From an uncultured bacterium (GTDB lineage Bacteria; Desulfobacterota_D; UBA1144; Nemesobacterales; UBA2774), in the NCBI GenBank assembly GCA_963825135.1, contig CAWGRW010000009.1, positions 2,432,001-2,496,000 of the forward strand: a stretch of 64,000 nucleotides of DNA, read 5' to 3'. Below, one piece after another: positions 61,902 to 64,000 of the stretch. Position numbers and translations under genes: made by a program. The notes under the pieces are model-generated. The model did not search any database, was not told the DNA's origin, and was given only the letters and a program-made list of their open reading frames with translations. The first letter of the stretch is position 1; each line of letters opens with the position of its first letter.

Positions 61902-63587
61902 CTATTCCTGTTTACCCTTTTCCCTGGCCCATGTGTCTTTGAGCGTGACCGTCCTGTTAAACACCGGGGAGCCTTTTTTCGAATCGCGATGGTCGGGCGT
62001 GAAATAGCCGAGCCTCTCGAACTGATAGTTGACGCCGGGCTCGGCGTCTGCAAGACCGGGCTCGAGCCTGCAGTCCTTAAGCACGACGAGCGAGTCGGGG
62101 TTGAGGGAGTCCTTATACTCCCCGCCTCCGCTCCCGGGCTCGGGGTCCGTGAAGAGCCTGTCGTAGAGCCTGACCTCGGCGGAGACCGCATGTTTTGCCG
62201 ATACCCAGTGAATGGTCGCCTTGACCTTCCTGCCGTCGGGCGCGTCCCCTCCCCTGGTGGCAGGGTCGTAGGTACAGCGGAGCTCGGTGATTACGCCCTT
62301 TTCGTCCTTTACGACGTCCGTGCATCTGACGAAATAGGCGTATCTGAGCCTGACTTCGACGCCCGGCGAGAGGCGGTAGAACTTCTTTGGCGGGTCTTCC
62401 ATGAAATCATCCCTTTCTATGTAGAGCTCTCCCGAGAAAGGCACCTTCCTCTTTCCCATGCTCTCGTCCTCGGGGTTATTCACCGCGTCCATTTCTTCCG
62501 TGAGGCCTTCGGGGTAGTTGGTTATCACCACCTTGAGCGGGTCGAGCACACCCATCACGCGGCGGGCCTTTTTATTGAGGTCGTCCCTCACGCTGTGCTC
62601 AAGCAGCGACATGTCCATCACGCTCTCCTGCTTCGTGACCCCTATCCGGGAGCAGAAATTCCTTATCGAGTCCGGGGTGTAGCCCCTCCGCCTCAGGCCC
62701 GAAATGGTGGGCATCCTGGGGTCGTCCCACGCGTTGACGTATCCCTTCTGCACGAGCTCGAGGAGGCGTCTCTTGCTCATGACCGTGTAGTTGAGGTTCA
62801 GGCGCGAGAACTCTATCTGCCGGGGGTGGTATATGCCGAGCTCGTCCAGGAACCAGTCGTAGAGCGGCCTGTGGTCCTCGAATTCGAGCGTGCAGAGCGA
62901 ATGTGTAATCCCCTCTATCGAGTCCGATATGCAGTGGGCGTAGTCGTACATCGGATAGATGCGCCACTCGTCGCCCGTCCTGTAATGGGGCTCCCGGAGT
63001 ATCCTGTACATGACCGGGTCGCGCATGTTTATGTTGCCCGAGGACATATCTATCTTCGCCCTGAGCACGTGGGCGCCCTCCTCGAACTCGCCCTTTTTCA
63101 TGCGCTCGAAGAGGTCGAGGTTCTCCTCGATCGGTCTGTCTCTGTAAGGGCTTTCCCTGCCGGGCTCGTTGAGTGTGCCCCTGTGCTCCCTTATCTCGTC
63201 CGCGCTAAGAGAGTCGACGTATGCCTTGCCCTTCTTTATGAGATCCAGGGCGTAATCGTATAGTTGCTTGAAATAATCGGACGCGTGGTAGAGCCTGTCG
63301 TCCCAGTCAAAGCCGAGCCACCTGACGTCTTTTATTATCGACTCGGCGTATTCCGTGTCTTCCTTGGCCGGGTTCGTATCGTCGAACCTGAGGTTGCACG
63401 TGCCCCCGTATTCGAGAGCGGCGCCGAAGTTGAGGCATATGGATTTGGCGTGCCCTATGTGGAGATAGCCGTTGGGCTCGGGGGGGAACCTGGTCGCAAC
63501 CCTGCCCCCGTATTTCCCGCTCCCGAGGTCTTCTTCGATTATAGCCCTTATGAAGTCGAGGCTCTTCTTTTCTTTATCGTCGTCCAT
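61902..63587 (-). CDS. glnS: Glutamine--tRNA ligase
   Basis: [43 protein letters not shown]. Confidence 0.97.
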   Translation of the reverse strand: MDDDKEKKSLDFIRAIIEEDLGSGKYGGRVATRFPPEPNGYLHIGHAKSICLNFGAALEYGGTCNLRFDDTNPAKEDTEYAESIIKDVRWLGFDWDDRLYHASDYFKQLYDYALDLIKKGKAYVDSLSADEIREHRGTLNEPGRESPYRDRPIEENLDLFERMKKGEFEEGAHVLRAKIDMSSGNINMRDPVMYRILREPHYRTGDEWRIYPMYDYAHCISDSIEGITHSLCTLEFEDHRPLYDWFLDELGIYHPRQIEFSRLNLNYTVMSKRRLLELVQKGYVNAWDDPRMPTISGLRRRGYTPDSIRNFCSRIGVTKQESVMDMSLLEHSVRDDLNKKARRVMGVLDPLKVVITNYPEGLTEEMDAVNNPEDESMGKRKVPFSGELYIERDDFMEDPPKKFYRLSPGVEVRLRYAYFVRCTDVVKDEKGVITELRCTYDPATRGGDAPDGRKVKATIHWVSAKHAVSAEVRLYDRLFTDPEPGSGGGEYKDSLNPDSLVVLKDCRLEPGLADAEPGVNYQFERLGYFTPDHRDSKKGSPVFNRTVTLKDTWAREKGKQE

Positions 63588-63715
63588 TCTCTTATCCCAT
63601 GGCGCTTCCGCCGGGAATTAATAATATACAAAAGCCCGGAAACATCAAAAATTACTGAGGAAAATATGAGTCGTTTATTGACTTATCATCTAAAGAGCAA
63701 TTAATATTAAGGGCA

Positions 63716-64000
63716 ATGTATTTCCCCGCCTACCGTCCGAGAAGGCTCAGAAAAAACGAGCGGCTTAGAGATATGATCGCCGAGACCTCCATATCGGCCG
63801 GGGAGCTCGTATACCCGATGTTTGTCACGCCGGGCAAGGGTCAAAAAATTGAAGTAAGCTCGATGCCCGGTATCTATAAGCAGTCGGCGGACAATATCGT
63901 AAAGGAAGCGATTGAGGCCGGGAAACAGGGCATCAATGCGATACTCCTCTTCGGAATACCGGAAAAAAAGGACGAGACCGGCTCTGAGGGTTACGACCCG
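63716..64000 (+). CDS. hemB: Porphobilinogen synthase, 5' part (runs off the window)
   Basis: Manual translation MYFPAYRPRRLRKNERLRDMIAET...LVYPMFV...SSMPGIY...LLFGIPEKKDETGS. Confidence 0.92.
   Translation, partial: MYFPAYRPRRLRKNERLRDMIAETSISAGELVYPMFVTPGKGQKIEVSSMPGIYKQSADNIVKEAIEAGKQGINAILLFGIPEKKDETGSEGYDP

Overview
Mostly housekeeping chromosomal DNA from a moderately GC-rich diderm bacterium with deltaproteobacterial-like gene order (possibly Ca. Dadabacteria; this placement is a low-confidence inference). Core content: HDAC, folC, fur, the ftsH-folP-cdaA-cdaR-glmM-pdxJ operon, cysK, PBP1A, comEA, lutABC, ileS, aceE-aceF-lpdA, a second lpdA with lipB, a GAF-kinase/response-regulator cluster, dinB, an Mla/MCE-type ABC operon, cdsA, glnS and the start of hemB. 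Many genes carry single-base frameshifts that look like long-read assembly errors. The ORF track misses several non-coding signals. (1) A complete regulatory unit (12-bp inverted repeat, sigma70 promoter, c-di-GMP-I/GEMM riboswitch at 39056-39152, minus strand) sits in front of an orphan 919-aa protein with a candidate pore-forming beta-hairpin; the unit lies between REP-like repeat arrays. (2) A 28-bp XerC/D dif site at 16794-16821 is adjacent to an AT-rich, Cys-rich gene remnant. (3) A ~330-bp structured element occurs twice (23721-24050, 39604-39935) with compensatory base changes, built by nesting inside REP-like hairpins. Unusual proteins include a receiver fused to a His-less DHp-like tail, a MEDS-LuxR fusion, an IleRS with a degenerate zinc finger and a PurN homologue lacking catalytic residues.
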